Program-made: the position numbers and the translations under genes
Notes under the pieces: generated by a model
What the model was told of the DNA's origin: nothing
Databases searched by the model: none
What the model saw: the letters and a program-made list of their open reading frames with translations, nothing else
Assembly: GCA_964016885.1 (NCBI GenBank)
Contig: OZ024741.1
Span: 32,240,001 to 32,304,000, forward strand
Direction: 5' to 3'
Length of the DNA stretch: 64,000 nucleotides
Source: Eledone cirrhosa
Lineage: Eukaryota
Part shown: one piece after another, positions 12,747 through 27,110 of the stretch
Numbering within the stretch: position 1 is the first letter of the stretch
Layout of the letters: the number at the start of each line of letters is the position of its first letter

Positions 12747-13130
12747 ATGAAGGAACCCGGAAAAACGCCATATCTCGGGAACCTGTGCTTTGATTTAGGC
12801 GAAACTTGTTTTATTCCGTTTGTATCCCCATTTCAGGGTAAACTTCCTTTCAAAGTATTTTCCCATTATACGCCCTTTTGGCTGTATTACATTACAGACA
12901 AGCAAGCAATCACAGAATGTTAGTAGTATATAGATAGATATGTACTTGTATATATGTGCATAGAGATTGACAAACACACACACATACACATACAGTCACA
13001 CACACACAATCACACACACACATGCACGCGCACACACACACACACTAACACACACAAATATATCAGGACACAAATAAAGTAACGCACTGGTGTCGACACT
13101 AATCACTTTCCCCTAAATCAGCAACCATTT

Positions 13131-13512
13131 TTGGCAGTATCGGTAGAGGGTCGAACGCCATGCTTTGACGCATAGAGTTACGGCCCTGGCCATTCTGAGT
13201 TCAAATCCCGACGGGGATAACTTAGCCTTTCATCCTTACGGGGTCGATAAAATAAAGTACCAGTAATGCACTGGGTATTTGCTGGCCTTGTGCCCAAAGT
13301 AGAAACAATTATTCATATTGATGAAGGGTGGTGAATTCGCAGTATTATAGAGCGTTGGAAAATATGCTTTGAGGCATGTAGTTACGACGTTTTACGTTCT
13401 GAGTTAGCTTTGCCTTTCATCCTTAAGGGGTGATAAAATAAACCCCCAGTAACGCACGGGTGTCGATTCAATCGACTTTCAGCCTCTCCTCAGATGTCTG
13501 GCCTTGTACCAA
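13131..13512 (+). mobile_element. Two adjacent SINE family 1 copies, second more diverged
   Basis: Shared head, B-box and body motifs at 13131-13312 and 13325-13512. Confidence 0.8.
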
Positions 13513-13516
13513 ATGG

Positions 13517-13854
13517 ACTCTCACGTCTCGAATAATCGTCCCATCCCCCGCTTATCAATTTTTCAGACCCTCTCCCCCAAGCTTATTAAATTTTGCTAAT
13601 CGATCTCCGGGGAAATTTTATTTTAAGTGGTAGCATACCTGCACCAATTAATTTTCTTTATACATTCAAAAACATTATACATCACAGAGAAGGACATTAC
13701 TAGAAATCCCATACCTTATAAAATAAATAGAATGGGTAAGAAATGTGAACTAAACAATTAATTCTGTGTTTTTAAAATATCAAGGGAGACAAACTAGAGA
13801 TTTTCCAGCCCTTCCGCTTATTCCCACATCCCCCATTATTTGAAATCCGAGAGT
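13517..13854. mobile_element. Possible MITE remnant
   Basis: Imperfect terminal inverted repeats actctcacgtctcgaataa / ttatttgaaatccgagagta. Confidence 0.35.
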
Positions 13855-14204
13855 AGACAATTATTTTTGTTGTTGTGTTTAGATTTATTAACAGCACCAT
13901 TTCCCTTGAGTCACATTCCAGTTTTATTTTTAAAATGCAGAACGCAAACTAAAGACACTGTTGTAGGGAATGAAGAAAAATATTTTATTTGAGTATCACT
14001 GTTATGCTTTTCTAACATTCGCATGTATGCGGGATAACTTAAGATATGCATGCATGCATAGCCCTGTAACTTCAGGGGAAGTTGTTGCGGCTCAGTATTG
14101 ACATATAGCGTTTATTTGACATGACGGATTCCATCTCTTTTCCACGTCTAGATACAGCAAATTTCTTCCAGAGAAGGATAGAGAGTAAGAGAATGGAAGT
14201 GAGA

Positions 14205-14370
14205 GGAAGATATAGAGGATGAGTGGAACCCAGTACTAGAATGGTATTTTTTCGGCCTCGAATGGATGAAAGTTGACCTGGGTGGGATTTGAAGTTAGAG
14301 AGTAGAACAACGAAACGAATACAGCAAAGCATTATATCCGACGTGCTATTGACTCTGCCATTTCACCGCC
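14205..14370 (-). mobile_element. Diverged SINE family 1 copy
   Basis: ggatgaaagttgacctgggtgggatttgaa..ctctgccatttcaccgcc. Confidence 0.6.
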
Positions 14371-15094
14371 AACTTAAGATGTATGCCGATCTTATTCTGA
14401 TTTCAAAGCAAATCATAGGCTTCTCCGTACACACTGAAAATTCTATAACAGAACCGTTAGGCAAATAGGATTATATGTTGCTTGACATAAGAAGATAGAA
14501 ATTTGTAAAAAGTTATATATAACTCAAAAGACATATGAATTACAATAATTAATTTGGTGTTAATATATTTAATGGATACAGCATTAAAATGTTACTGCAA
14601 ATATTTATGCGGGGAGGAAATACAGAAATGGCTGCCAATAATATCGTTTATTGTAAATGTTATTAACATTTTTGTTCAGCGGTTACGAGGAACATCTCCG
14701 GAAATTGACTAATTATTACTTTAGCAAGTATGCCGATGGCTAAGCTACACTGATGGACAATAATAATAAGAAATGTTCGTATTTGACAAATATAATAAAA
14801 CTAATATTAATTATTGACAAATATTTGATTTCCTCAAAACAATTATTTTTAGATATATTGTTAATGTCCCTTGCAATGAATATGTTAACATTACATTAAC
14901 GAGGTTTTCTTCCCCAGGATAATATTTCTGATTAATTTCTTTAAAAATGAATGTTTTCTTTCCTCAGATGCCCTGCGTATATCTAAACTATAATAAAGTA
15001 AGGAGTGCCGGAATGCGTAAGGTTTTTTTTATCACATTAGTAAAATGTATAATTTTTTATCACATTAGTAAATGAGTTGGATTACTTTGAATAA

Positions 15095-15357
15095 ATAATT
15101 ATTTCTACTTTTGGCACAAGGCCAGCAATTACCCAGTGTATTACTGGTACTTTATTTTATCAACCCTGTAAGGATGAAAGGCAAAGTTAACCTCGGCGGG
15201 ATTTGAACTCAGATCATAAATGGACGTAACTCTATGCGTCAAAGCATGGCTTCCGACCCTCTACCGATACTGCCACTCCACCGCCCTTTGAATAAATAAT
15301 TGTTTCTTCTTTCGGCACAAGGCCAGCAATTATCCAGTACATTACTGGTACTTTATT
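15095..15357 (-). mobile_element. SINE family 1 full copy plus duplicated tail
   Basis: Reverse complement of family consensus 15095-15287; tail repeated ~15295-15357. Confidence 0.85.
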
Positions 15358-16170
15358 TGAATAAATAATGAATGAATATTACATAATTTATCTACTAAGT
15401 TTTGTATCTGTTGATTAAATATATTTTATTGTTTATTTGAAGATTCACTTCTTTAAAATTTTCAAATGTCAACACTTCCGGTTAGTGATGGCTTAAATAA
15501 ACATTCATATATTTCCGTCACTAATTTTCTCCTAATGCAGTTTATATATAATACCGTGTTTTTTTAATGTATCATTACTGATTACATAAGACAGTGTAAC
15601 GCAGTCTTCGTTCAATTTCTGTGGATATTGTCAATTACGATTTTATTTGATTTATCAGATCTACATGCATATATACTTGCGTATAATATCAGTATGCACA
15701 CTACACATGCTAGCAGAAAAAACACCCTGCTAGTATGTATAAAACAGTGGGAATAGTTGAGGAACAAAAAACAAAGAACTCCTACCTTAACACATTTAAT
15801 GTTCTTGATATTCCGTCTGCAAAGGCCCTAAATATTACATGAAGAGAACGGTAAATATTTATCTTCTGACTAAATATCAGAATTATTAGATATTTCCAAG
15901 TGAGAATTTAATATAGCATTTGTAAATCAATCAGTTTTGTTTGATTTTATTTAATTGGATATATCTACAAAGAACAGTTTGATTTTTCACATGACCTGTC
16001 AATACAATCTCTGAAATGTGAATTTTTGACAATTCGCATGGTTGTAAGTTAATATCATTTTTCATTTTTTTTTCTTAGGTGTTTTTATTTATACAACTGT
16101 CTCCGGTCACATAATCTCCAATTTACTCCTCTAAGCACATCAAATATCGCCATCACCTTTCCACACATTA

Positions 16171-16357
16171 TGGTGGATTGGCAGTATCGGTGGAGGGTCG
16201 GATGCCATGCTTTCCAGCATAGTTACGTCCCTTTACGGCCTGATTTCAAATCCTGCCGAGGTTAACTTTGCCTTTCATCCTTACGGGGTCGATAAAATAA
16301 AGTACCAGTAATGTACTGGGTATTTCTGGCCTCGTTCCAAAAGTAGAAACAATTATT
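16171..16357 (+). mobile_element. SINE family 1
   Basis: Full head-to-tail match to other copies. Confidence 0.85.
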
Positions 16358-17027
16358 TGTTTTATATTTTTTTCACAGTTTATTTCTAATAATTACTTCT
16401 CAAAAGCATTTGGTTATGACAAATGAAATATGAACAACACCCTCTCTCTCTCTTGTTCTCCTGCCTCTTCCCCTCCCTCTCTCTCAACACGCACGCGTAA
16501 TTCCCATCTGCGAAATTGTATTCACAAGTTGTTGCCAATCTCATTCTATATAAAAAAAATATGTATTGGAAGCAAACGCAGAATGTTAGTGATGTAAAGC
16601 GAACGTATAACCACTCAAAAATGCCTGCATTCTCATTTTCTAAGCAACCTAAGAACACATTTAGCATCTTCTTGTCTTTCCTGGCTACTAAATCCCACCT
16701 TTAGAAAAATAAGCCTTATTCGTTTGTTGAATGTATGTGAATAAGACTTTGATAACACTATTACCTCAAAGTAGGTTGAAAAAAAAAAAACATTAACATT
16801 TCTTTAAATATTGCCGCATGAATAATTCAAGAGGTGAATGGAGGGATATATTGCATTATTGAGATCAAAAAGCGGTGTATTAAAGTCAAAAGAACGTTGG
16901 AAAGAATGCCTTGTGATATTAAGTTCAGCAATCTACGCTCTTAGTTCAAATCTACTAAGGTCAACTTTCGAGTTTCGTTCCTTCGGGATGGAAAAAAATC
17001 AGATACTAGTCAAATACCGGAGTTACC

Positions 17028-17084
<57 letters not shown>

Positions 17085-18131
17085 CTCTCTCTCTCACCTC
17101 TTTCTCACTCCTATCTCTCTGCGCCGAGGATGGGGAGAAGTTATTTAGGTGTCCTATGGACAATCTTATGTGATATGCTGGTCATTTCTGTTACCGTCTA
17201 GTCCATTTATGATTCCAGGATTTCTTTTAATCATATTGTATTCAAACCTTCTGTAAGGATAAATTCCATCTTTATGCAATCGATCATCACACGAGTAAAT
17301 CAATAAGTTATTTTCCTTTATTTCTTCCATGTTTTCTGTATATATGCTTTCATTTAGATTTATCCTAGAATAGTTACCTTCCAAATACATTCATATATCT
17401 ACCGATTCTACAATTGTCCTATTGTCTTATAACTAGAATTTCTGCCTAGCACCTTTAATACTCACCGAAATAAATATATTATGTATCCACTAACTTTATT
17501 AATTTTCATGAGACAGAGTGAATGAGCTTGTTATTCTCTACCAAATTTGCATATCTCAAAGAAGAATTTCGTTACATCCTAGCGACAGTTGTCTAATGGC
17601 GATATTGATGTATTCTAGGAGAGTACGGTGTAAAAATTATGAAAAAGCAGTGACTGTGTTGTTACAACTTCAAGTAAAGGATGTATACGTTGTTATGAGA
17701 CGGTATTGTAGGAAAGTGTCGACAGTCTTGAACTGTTTTCTGGTTTACCAGAGTCAAAATGTCATCCATCATTTTAAAATAGTTGTTTGTGTGTACGTGA
17801 GATAGTGATACACATCTACATATGTTGATCAGATAATAATAGCAGAATGGTATTGGTATTTTAGTTGCTGTTGATGTAACATTTGTATTTTACATTTGTG
17901 TGTTTATATGTCAACATTCAACATTGAACTGTAATTAAAAATTCACAGACATTCAACAAAAAAACAAGTATATATACACACACATACATTTATATGTGCG
18001 TGCATTTGTATATGTGTGTGTATGTATGTGTATGTATGTGTATGTATGTGTATGTATGTGTATGTATGTGTGTGTGTTTGTTCGTATACCAACAAATTAT
18101 ATAACTGAGGTTATGACCTTCCTAGAAAATA

Positions 18132-18241
<110 letters not shown>

Positions 18242-18284
18242 GGTTTAGTTCTTTATGTTTATATATATATACATATATATATAA

Positions 18285-18325
<41 letters not shown>

Positions 18326-19299
18326 TATATGCATATACGTATAAAGAGAGATAAATAGAGAGGGAGATAACGTGAGAAAGAGAAAGAAACAGGAACATAT
18401 ATTTTAAATGTCGTTTTACTATTGTACAAATTGAAATATTTCGTTCGGCCCATGGATGGCTTAAATGTTATCTCTTTATGTAAATGTCAGTTTACCTTTC
18501 TATGAATACCATTGGATGTATGTTGCCCTCAACAACCATTACCACTTCCACCATCGCCTCCATAGAAACAGCAAGAACAACAATGGGGGAAGGGAGGTTG
18601 ATTAGATAGAGAGAGCAAGAAAGAAAGAAAAAAAGAGACAGAGTGAGAGTGAAAGCAATGGAAATAGATTGTAATGGTAGGTCACTGTCTAATCGTATGA
18701 ATTCTTCGAATCTTCCAATGACATTGTGTAAGTAAATGAATATCACATCTTTTTTTCTATCGCAGCTAAACATTTACCTGTTCAGGTCAATGAAGGAGTG
18801 TCTACTCAGTCTCCGAAAACACGAGATATAGAAGTAATACTTTTCTCATTGACACAAAAGCATGTCCAGCAAACTTCAGTCTCTTATGTGCTACTTTCGA
18901 GCTGACTTTTGGGAGGCACCCCTACATCTCTGAGATCTTCATCCTCAGTGTATACTAATTATTATTCAGAGCCATCCTCAACATTCTCATGTAGCACCCA
19001 TCCACTATCTGAGTGAGTTTCTTGGTCAGTAAGGCAACCTTCTAGATATAGCATTCAAATCTGCCTTAAATCAAACCCCTGTCGTTTTAATTAAAGATAA
19101 TTCAGTATCTAGTTAAAAATACAGTATTATTGGTGAAGTCAAAAATGCCGTTGATCGTCAACCTGCTCAATAGATGTTAATCAGGGAGTAAATAGCAATA
19201 GTACTTGGATATTGTGCATATGTAAATAAGACCGTTACTACAGCAAACAGTCTACAGACAAACATCAAAGACCGTATATTATACACTAAAAACTGTATT

Positions 19300-20108
<809 letters not shown>

Positions 20109-20113
20109 TATAA

Positions 20114-20234
<121 letters not shown>

Positions 20235-20284
20235 CTTGTGTGTGTGCATGTGTGTATATAGATAGATAAATAAATAGATAGATA

Positions 20285-20500
20285 TGTGAGTCCCGGGTTC
20301 GACGGGGGTAACTACAGTAAGTATGGTACTTAATACATTAGTAGATTGTATACAACAGAATTGAATGTAGAAATGGTTTCTACAGGACTAGAACTGTTTC
20401 ATTTGAAGGAAATCACCAGAAAAGCTCGTGATAATTTCCATCGAATGAAACACCTCTAGATGTGTAGAAGCCATTCTATATTCAATTTTGTCTACACAAA
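20285..20500. mobile_element. Older foldback copy of the 31212-31403 family with decayed HHRs
   Basis: Homologous tail and ttctacaggactagaactgtttc; imperfect arms ~20349-20415 and ~20428-20497. Confidence 0.65.
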
Positions 20501-20509
20501 CGCGCATTC

Positions 20510-20588
<79 letters not shown>

Positions 20589-20631
20589 TATCGTCGATTA
20601 GTCACGGTTGTCCCCTTTGCTTCTGCTGGAC

Positions 20632-20760
20632 ACCACCATAGGGTGTTAGCCCCGGTGTTTGCATAGCTACAGCTTCCTAAAACCGTATTTCTTTATGAAT
20701 ACGAAATTTCTATACATATTTTATAAAGCTATGCTTGAAGCGAAATCTTATTTCTTTTAT
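20632..20760. repeat. Dispersed repeat, second copy ~49228-49356
   Basis: gttagccccggtgtttgcatagctac..aaagctatgcttgaagcgaaatc shared. Confidence 0.8.
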
Positions 20761-20787
20761 ATATAAGTGAGTGTGTGTGTATATATT

Positions 20788-20885
<98 letters not shown>

Positions 20886-20913
20886 GATACATACATACAC
20901 ACACATATATGCG

Positions 20914-20945
<32 letters not shown>

Positions 20946-21030
20946 GTAATAATTAATTTGAAGTCTAAAATCCAAAGAAGACTCGATAAGGATAAATATA
21001 TATCAAATATATAAGAATCGTAGATCAAAT

Positions 21031-21203
21031 ATTTATTAAAATAACAGATTAAATTTTAAGCAAAGAATCGCTGCTTTCACCCTTAACGGGATCTTCTAAA
21101 ACTACAAAAGTCAATCTGAGAACGCAGAAGTGAATATTTCGAAAAACGTTAATGGTGAAAGCAGCGATTCTTTGCTTAAACTTTAATCTGTTATTTTAAT
21201 AAA

Positions 21204-21204
<1 letters not shown>
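21031..21204. repeat. Foldback copy of family C (other copies at ~24427, ~29899, ~52448)
   Basis: attaaaataacagatt..gctgctttcacccttaacgggatcttct; inverted arm ~21148-21204. Confidence 0.8.
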
Positions 21205-21291
<87 letters not shown>

Positions 21292-21457
21292 CGAAGATTG
21301 CTGGTATAAATACTGCGTCTTTCGGCCAGCGTCTAGCTCACTCAGCAAATCTAGTGAATTGCAGTTATGCAGCTGAAATCACTTGTTCAGAGCACATATA
21401 TTTAGTTTTACTGTAGAGTGTTGGCTATGTTTTTAATTAGAGCAGGAAGTTGAAATA

Positions 21458-21580
21458 CCTGAATGATCGTTTCTATGTAATATTTCCTTACAAATGCAGA
21501 TTTTACTACTGCAATGTTTAGAAAATCGCGTAAATTCAGCAGATAATTACGCAATCGGGCTATTCCACGTCATCAGCAGG
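21458..21580 (-). ncRNA. Hammerhead ribozyme with branched stem II
   Basis: cctg-CTGATGA-c-gtggaata..(attgcgtaa/ttacgcgat; tgcag/ctgca)..tattacat-a-GAAA-cgatca-TT-cagg. Confidence 0.7.
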
Positions 21581-21758
21581 ACTGCCCTATAATATTATGC
21601 GATATTTCCATGCAGTATGAGTAAGCTTTTACTGCTGGACACACCATACAACAGTTCATGACATTCAGTCAGCCTCAAATGAAAAAAGAATTAAATTCTC
21701 GCAGATGATAACACGTGATTTTGGTAGTTAAATTCAAACAATACACACACACACAGAC

Positions 21759-21843
<85 letters not shown>

Positions 21844-22225
21844 CATGCATTTGTCTGTATTATCAAAAGTACACTGGGTTATGCAACAACAGATTTGCAT
21901 GAAAGCCTGGACATGATGGAATTTTCAAGAAATAATAAAACAATCTAAATGCAAACGAGTGGGATTTCATTGAAGATTTGTAAAAAAGTTCAAAGATTCT
22001 TTATTTGTGCTACACATGAACATATGATAATGAGACATGTTCATCCATTACACGTATGCAATTAGATCTATCTATACGTACGTCTACATATATGTACACA
22101 TTAATTCGTATATTCAGAACTCTCTGGAAAGTTAGAATTAAATATAAGCCTTGTCACTTTGATTTTGATTTAAGGAAATCTCATAGAAAATCATGCATAA
22201 CCTTCATGCACACGTATTTATGTAC

Positions 22226-22311
<86 letters not shown>

Positions 22312-22312
<1 letters not shown>

Positions 22313-22480
22313 ATACATAAACAGAGAAAGCCTTAAGCGATACTCCGACCAACTCCATCTTACTCAACAAACATTAGGATATACCTAATTATTATCCTAA
22401 TTTAGCGTTCCGGATGCTAACTAATCAGTATTTCGTGGATAGCTGGTTGTATTATTTTATATGAGACATTATTAAATAAA
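22312..22480. repeat. (TA)n-flanked repeat, reverse-complement homologue at ~61165-61330
   Basis: ctcaacaaacattaggatatacct and flanking sequence shared. Confidence 0.75.
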
Positions 22481-22551
22481 TATCTCTTTCCTTCCAGACG
22501 CTCGTTTCGTTATAAGATTTCTACAATTTGGGATAAATAATTTCCAGATTA

Positions 22552-22643
<92 letters not shown>

Positions 22644-22858
22644 CTTTTAAATTGAGTCAGGCAAACCCTATTGTCTATAGTTAGTATTCCTTTCACCTTA
22701 GCGAATCTGTTCCCTTACCATCTGAACACATATATGTATATATCTGTGTTCGTCTTTCCTTTATATTCAATTATATTATACGGCTCGGAAAAATCTCTTT
22801 CCTAGAGCTATTTTATTGTAAAAGACTATTTTGAGTTTCTAACTCAATATATATATAT

Positions 22859-23290
22859 ACTAGACCTGAAAATGCGCAAGCTCAAAAGAGCCGTAGAATT
22901 TTATAATAAACCTTCAAAGGTGTGGGACTAGAGTTGTTGCTCAAATATATTGTAATCATTATCTATCGTACACTCTGTGGCATCCTTTAAAAGAGATTCA
23001 TAACGAACTCAAGACACACGATAATTATTGAAGCTAATGTTCAATATCTCATGTTTAGTAATGATTAATACGAAATGCACTTAAACCGATTTCTATATTA
23101 TAAATTCACTTAAATAATTATCGTGCCGTCTTGAGTTCGTTATGAGTCTCTTTTTTATAAAAGGATGCCACAGAGTGTACGATAGATAATCATTACAATA
23201 TTTTTGAACAACAACTCTAGTCCCACACTTTTGAAGGTTCATTATAACATTCTGTGGCTCTTTTGGGCTTGCGCATTTTTCAGGTCTAGT
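22859..23290. repeat. Inverted repeat with ~170-bp arms and ~80-bp spacer
   Basis: actagacctgaaaatgcgcaag.. / ..cttgcgcatttttcaggtctagt. Confidence 0.9.
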
Positions 23291-24058
23291 TTAATATTTT
23301 TTAAGGCAACGCTTGTAATAACTCTAGTTAAAGATGATATATATTAATAATACATTATCGTTGTAATGTAATTAGATTATATTATTGTTATTTTATAAAT
23401 GATCTTATAAATATTATTGTAAGATGTATAAAAATATTTTCAGACTTTTAATATAAACAACTACAAAAAACAATCAATATTAAATTAATATATTTTACAT
23501 AATAATTGTTATAGTTGAATTAATAAAAATTAAATATTACATACACATAGTCTAACATAATAATAAAAAAATAATCTAACATAATAATAATAAAATAATA
23601 TAACATAAAACGAACAACAATATGGACAAATATAGAAGTAAATATGATACAACCAATATTATAATCATGTTATAGCGAAGTGAAAAAAAATAGTTAATAT
23701 AAATTTAAAAAAATCATATATAAATTAACAATATAACTTACCAAAACGAGAAAAATGTTTTGATGATAAACTACGAAATACAGGAAAAAAGATTCGAGAG
23801 CGAAACGATAAATAAACGTGCAAAGTGGCTGATGCTTTTGAGCAACAATTACTCTCATTGGTTGATTAGCCAATAAGACGATGAAATGAGCCAATAAGAC
23901 GATACATTACAAAAGATGTTTGGCAGGGTTCACCACGGCCGGCGAAACCCCTTGAATGTTTTATTCACAAGCTACGCATATATGTCTGACATGCAAACAA
24001 AACACTCTGTTGTTAGTCACTGCGTGTCTAACATATATATATATATATATATATATAT

Positions 24059-24214
24059 AACGAAGAAAATGTGGTAAGCAACCAAGTGGACCATAACGCA
24101 CCAAAGTACTCAATACTTAGGGTAGTAGAGGGGGTAATAGGAACAAATAAGACCCCGACGGCTGAGCTCAAGCCGTTTCGACGGCTGAGCTCAGCCGTCG
24201 GGGTCTTATTTGTT

Positions 24215-24220
<6 letters not shown>
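24059..24220 (-). mobile_element. Family A foldback insert
   Basis: Homology to 2168-2381; hairpin ~24137-24218. Confidence 0.75.
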
Positions 24221-24261
<41 letters not shown>

Positions 24262-24290
24262 ATTATGTAATAAACAACATAAGGCAATTA

Positions 24291-24350
24291 TTCCATTTAC
24301 CAGTGGTTTCTTAAAAGCAAAAGGTTTTGCTTTCAATCCTCAGAATGAAA
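24291..24350 (-). ncRNA. Type I hammerhead ribozyme
   Basis: tttcatt-CTGAGGA-ttgaaagcaaaa-cc-ttttgcttttaa-GAAA-ccactgg-TA-aatggaa. Confidence 0.85.
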
Positions 24351-24383
24351 AATCCTGGTTTGTTTATTGAATATGGATTCATT

Positions 24384-24432
<49 letters not shown>

Positions 24433-24650
24433 TAAAATAACAAATTAAGGTTTAAGCAAATAATCGCTGCTTTCACCCTTAACGGGATCTTCTGAAACTA
24501 ACAAAGTCAATCTGTAAACGCAGAACTGGATATTTCAAAAAACGTTGCAACCGGAGGAAGACAGGAAGACGATATTTTGGTTCGTGGAAACGTTCGCTGG
24601 CAAAGAACGGGTTTTTTCCCGTTCTTTGTCAGCGGGTTTTTTCCCGTTCT

Positions 24651-25032
24651 TTGTCAAGACAGAATTCTAGGAGAAGGAAAACTCTGATATAACACCTGCA
24701 ATGGTATCCAATGATGTTGACTTGTTCTTCTTTTTGGTAAATATCATCTTGGTTAAGAGAGTTGGACTTGCTTTGTGCAGTGCCTTTGCTCACTATAAAA
24801 GCTTCACGGCACATGCATTGCTTTATATCTGGAGATATCTCTGCACTTGTCGTCACATGGTACCATGGGCCCAGCACAATGTGTCAATAATTGTCACAAG
24901 TGTAGTGTTTGTACCAGAGTTTTCAAGTCACTGGCTGGACTAAAAAGTGACACTCGTTCAGCGCATCCGTAGGGGTTCTCCTACATGGATATAAAGTAGT
25001 AGCCGTACTCGAAAACGAGTTGACAGCCACCA
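24651..25032. repeat. Second copy of the 803-1188 repeat
   Basis: Direct sequence match. Confidence 0.9.
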
Positions 25033-25034
25033 TA

Positions 25035-25694
25035 TCTATGTATATAAAGTTGTATTCCTGTCCGTTTGTTTCTTCACGAACTACTCCTATGGTTTTGGAC
25101 ATAGACCTCCATAACCATATATATTCTGAAACTACATTGCCCAATGGTATATGGATAGGTAGAGTTCATTTTAATCAAAGGGTTCCCCGGGGGCACAAAA
25201 CCCCGCTGAAAACCCCGGCTGAAAATGTTCTCCCTTCGATTTATATGAAATGTAAATGACAAGATATGATGCCTATTCACAAAATCTCAGCATATATCAA
25301 TAATATTAAGACACCCTAATTGGGGTTAAACACCCTATTAGGGTTCCCCAGAAAGCACAAACCACCGTTCAGTATTTTTCCCTTCGATTTATATGAAACT
25401 TAAACCATAGGTAAATGACAAGATATGATGCCTATTCACAAAAGTTTTGAATTGATATTTTGAAAAACATTATTTACAAGAAACAAAATAAGAATAATAT
25501 CTAATAATGTAATTTTGATTTGATATATTACAACAAATAATGTTTTCCAATTTTTCATGCATTACATTTTACATTGAGTAATATTGAAATGCAGAGTTTT
25601 TCTTCATAAATTATATCACTGATTTAAAATCAATCATCATTTTCTTACAAAAAAAAAAGTGTGAAACGCAGCAAGGCGCGGATAATTCGGCTAG
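25035..25694 (+). mobile_element. Non-autonomous Helitron
   Basis: A^TC 5' end, subterminal GC hairpin cgcagcaaggcgcgg, CTAG^T 3' end, internal ~60-bp duplication. Confidence 0.7.
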
Positions 25695-26130
25695 TTTATA
25701 TATATATGTGTATATATGTGTATGTGTCTGTACATATATATGTATGTGTCTGTACATATGCATCTGTGTGTGTGGGACGCACACATGCAAGGAATTGATC
25801 GTGCAAACACACATGCTCGAGTTATTCAGAAACAAGTCCCCGCATAACATAATTGTAACTATATATAGCCCCGGACATTGTATTAGCCTCACATAAAAAC
25901 AGCTCACGTCACTTTGTGACAGGGTGGTTTAAATTGAGTAAAATAACTAGTTAAGTAAATCAGAAATAAAAATCTTACATTTATACATACTTACACATAC
26001 ACACATAAACACATATATGGACACATCCATACATCTAGAGATGTCATGAATAGACCTGTCATTTTTATCTAAAGACATTTTTTCCAATTACAACCCGACC
26101 ATCCCCTCAATCTATCTTATATCTCATTCT

Positions 26131-26167
26131 TTCTACTGATGAAGGACTAGAATCCGAAACGTTAAGA
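26131..26167 (+). ncRNA. Minimal hammerhead motif in a ~220-bp repeat (homologue ~36910-37125)
   Basis: CTGATGA-a-gga-ctagaa-tcc-GAAA-CG-TT-aaga; AACGTT palindrome. Confidence 0.6.
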
Positions 26168-26315
26168 CCCTCCTCCTGCTATATCAAGCGTTAACCTAAT
26201 ATATCCCTTCCATATATACTGTACCGATTGTGTTGTTATTTCTGTTTACCTTATAAATATGTATGTATGAATGTGTGTGTGTGTTTAAATATATATATTT
26301 AAACACACACACACG

Positions 26316-26387
<72 letters not shown>

Positions 26388-26389
<2 letters not shown>

Positions 26390-26484
26390 GGAACATGACC
26401 CCGACAGCAGGGCTCCAGCCGTTTCGACTGCTGTTTCTGCCGTCGAGGTCATACTTGTTCCTATTACCCACTCTACTACACTAA
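26388..26484 (+). mobile_element. Family A foldback insert, decayed
   Basis: gaccccgacagcag..ctgccgtcgaggtc..ctattacccactctactac. Confidence 0.65.
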
Positions 26485-26571
26485 TTTACCTTGGTCGCCC
26501 TTGAAATATATATAATAAAATAATTATGGTTTTAAAAATATAGTTTCCATTTATTAATATATTGTATATTT

Positions 26572-26762
26572 GGGTGGTGGATTGGCAGTATCGCTAGAGG
26601 CGTCGGACACCATACTTTGACGCATAGAGTTACCGCCCTTGCCATTCTGAGTTCAAATCCCGCCGAGGTTAACTTTGCCTTTCATCCTTACGGGGTCGAT
26701 AAAATAAAGTACCAGTAATGTACTGGGTAATTACTGGCCTTGTGCCAAAAGTAGAAACAATA
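26572..26762 (+). mobile_element. SINE family 1
   Basis: Full match to other copies. Confidence 0.85.
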
Positions 26763-26855
26763 TATTGTATATTTACTACACTCATTGTTGAGTGCTTTAT
26801 AATAGTTATAAACATTTTTAACCTTGTTGAATCCCATCAAATTAAATATAACCCC

Positions 26856-26896
<41 letters not shown>

Positions 26897-26898
<2 letters not shown>

Positions 26899-27110
26899 CT
26901 TTAGGTTTGTTGGTTCTCCACTGGATAGAATTGGTCAATCTTGGTGTAATATTATGGAGAGTACTCAACGTAGTGCAGTTCACCCGTCTTCGTTCGTGTG
27001 GTTGGTGGTGCGAATACTGAGTTAATTAAAAATAAAATAACAGGAGGCTGGACTGGTGTAAATCCTTGAAAGGTTTATTATACTATGATCATTTCAATGA
27101 CCGGGTTCCA
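26897..27110 (-). mobile_element. 3' end of the 32277-35110 family, truncated inside HHR stem II
   Basis: aaggtttattatactatgatcatttcaatgaccgggttcc is identical to ~32319-32358; rest homologous to 34910-35100. Confidence 0.8.

Larger units (their letters stand above)
11167..12934 (-). mobile_element. Second, tandem Helitron H copy, interrupted by nested inserts
   Basis: tagaccacccgtcac.. at 11167; matching 5' half 12595-12934 ending ..tataga (TC on minus). Confidence 0.6.

Noticed and set aside
17166-17390. 74-aa protein-like ORF
   Set aside because: No recognisable motif or context
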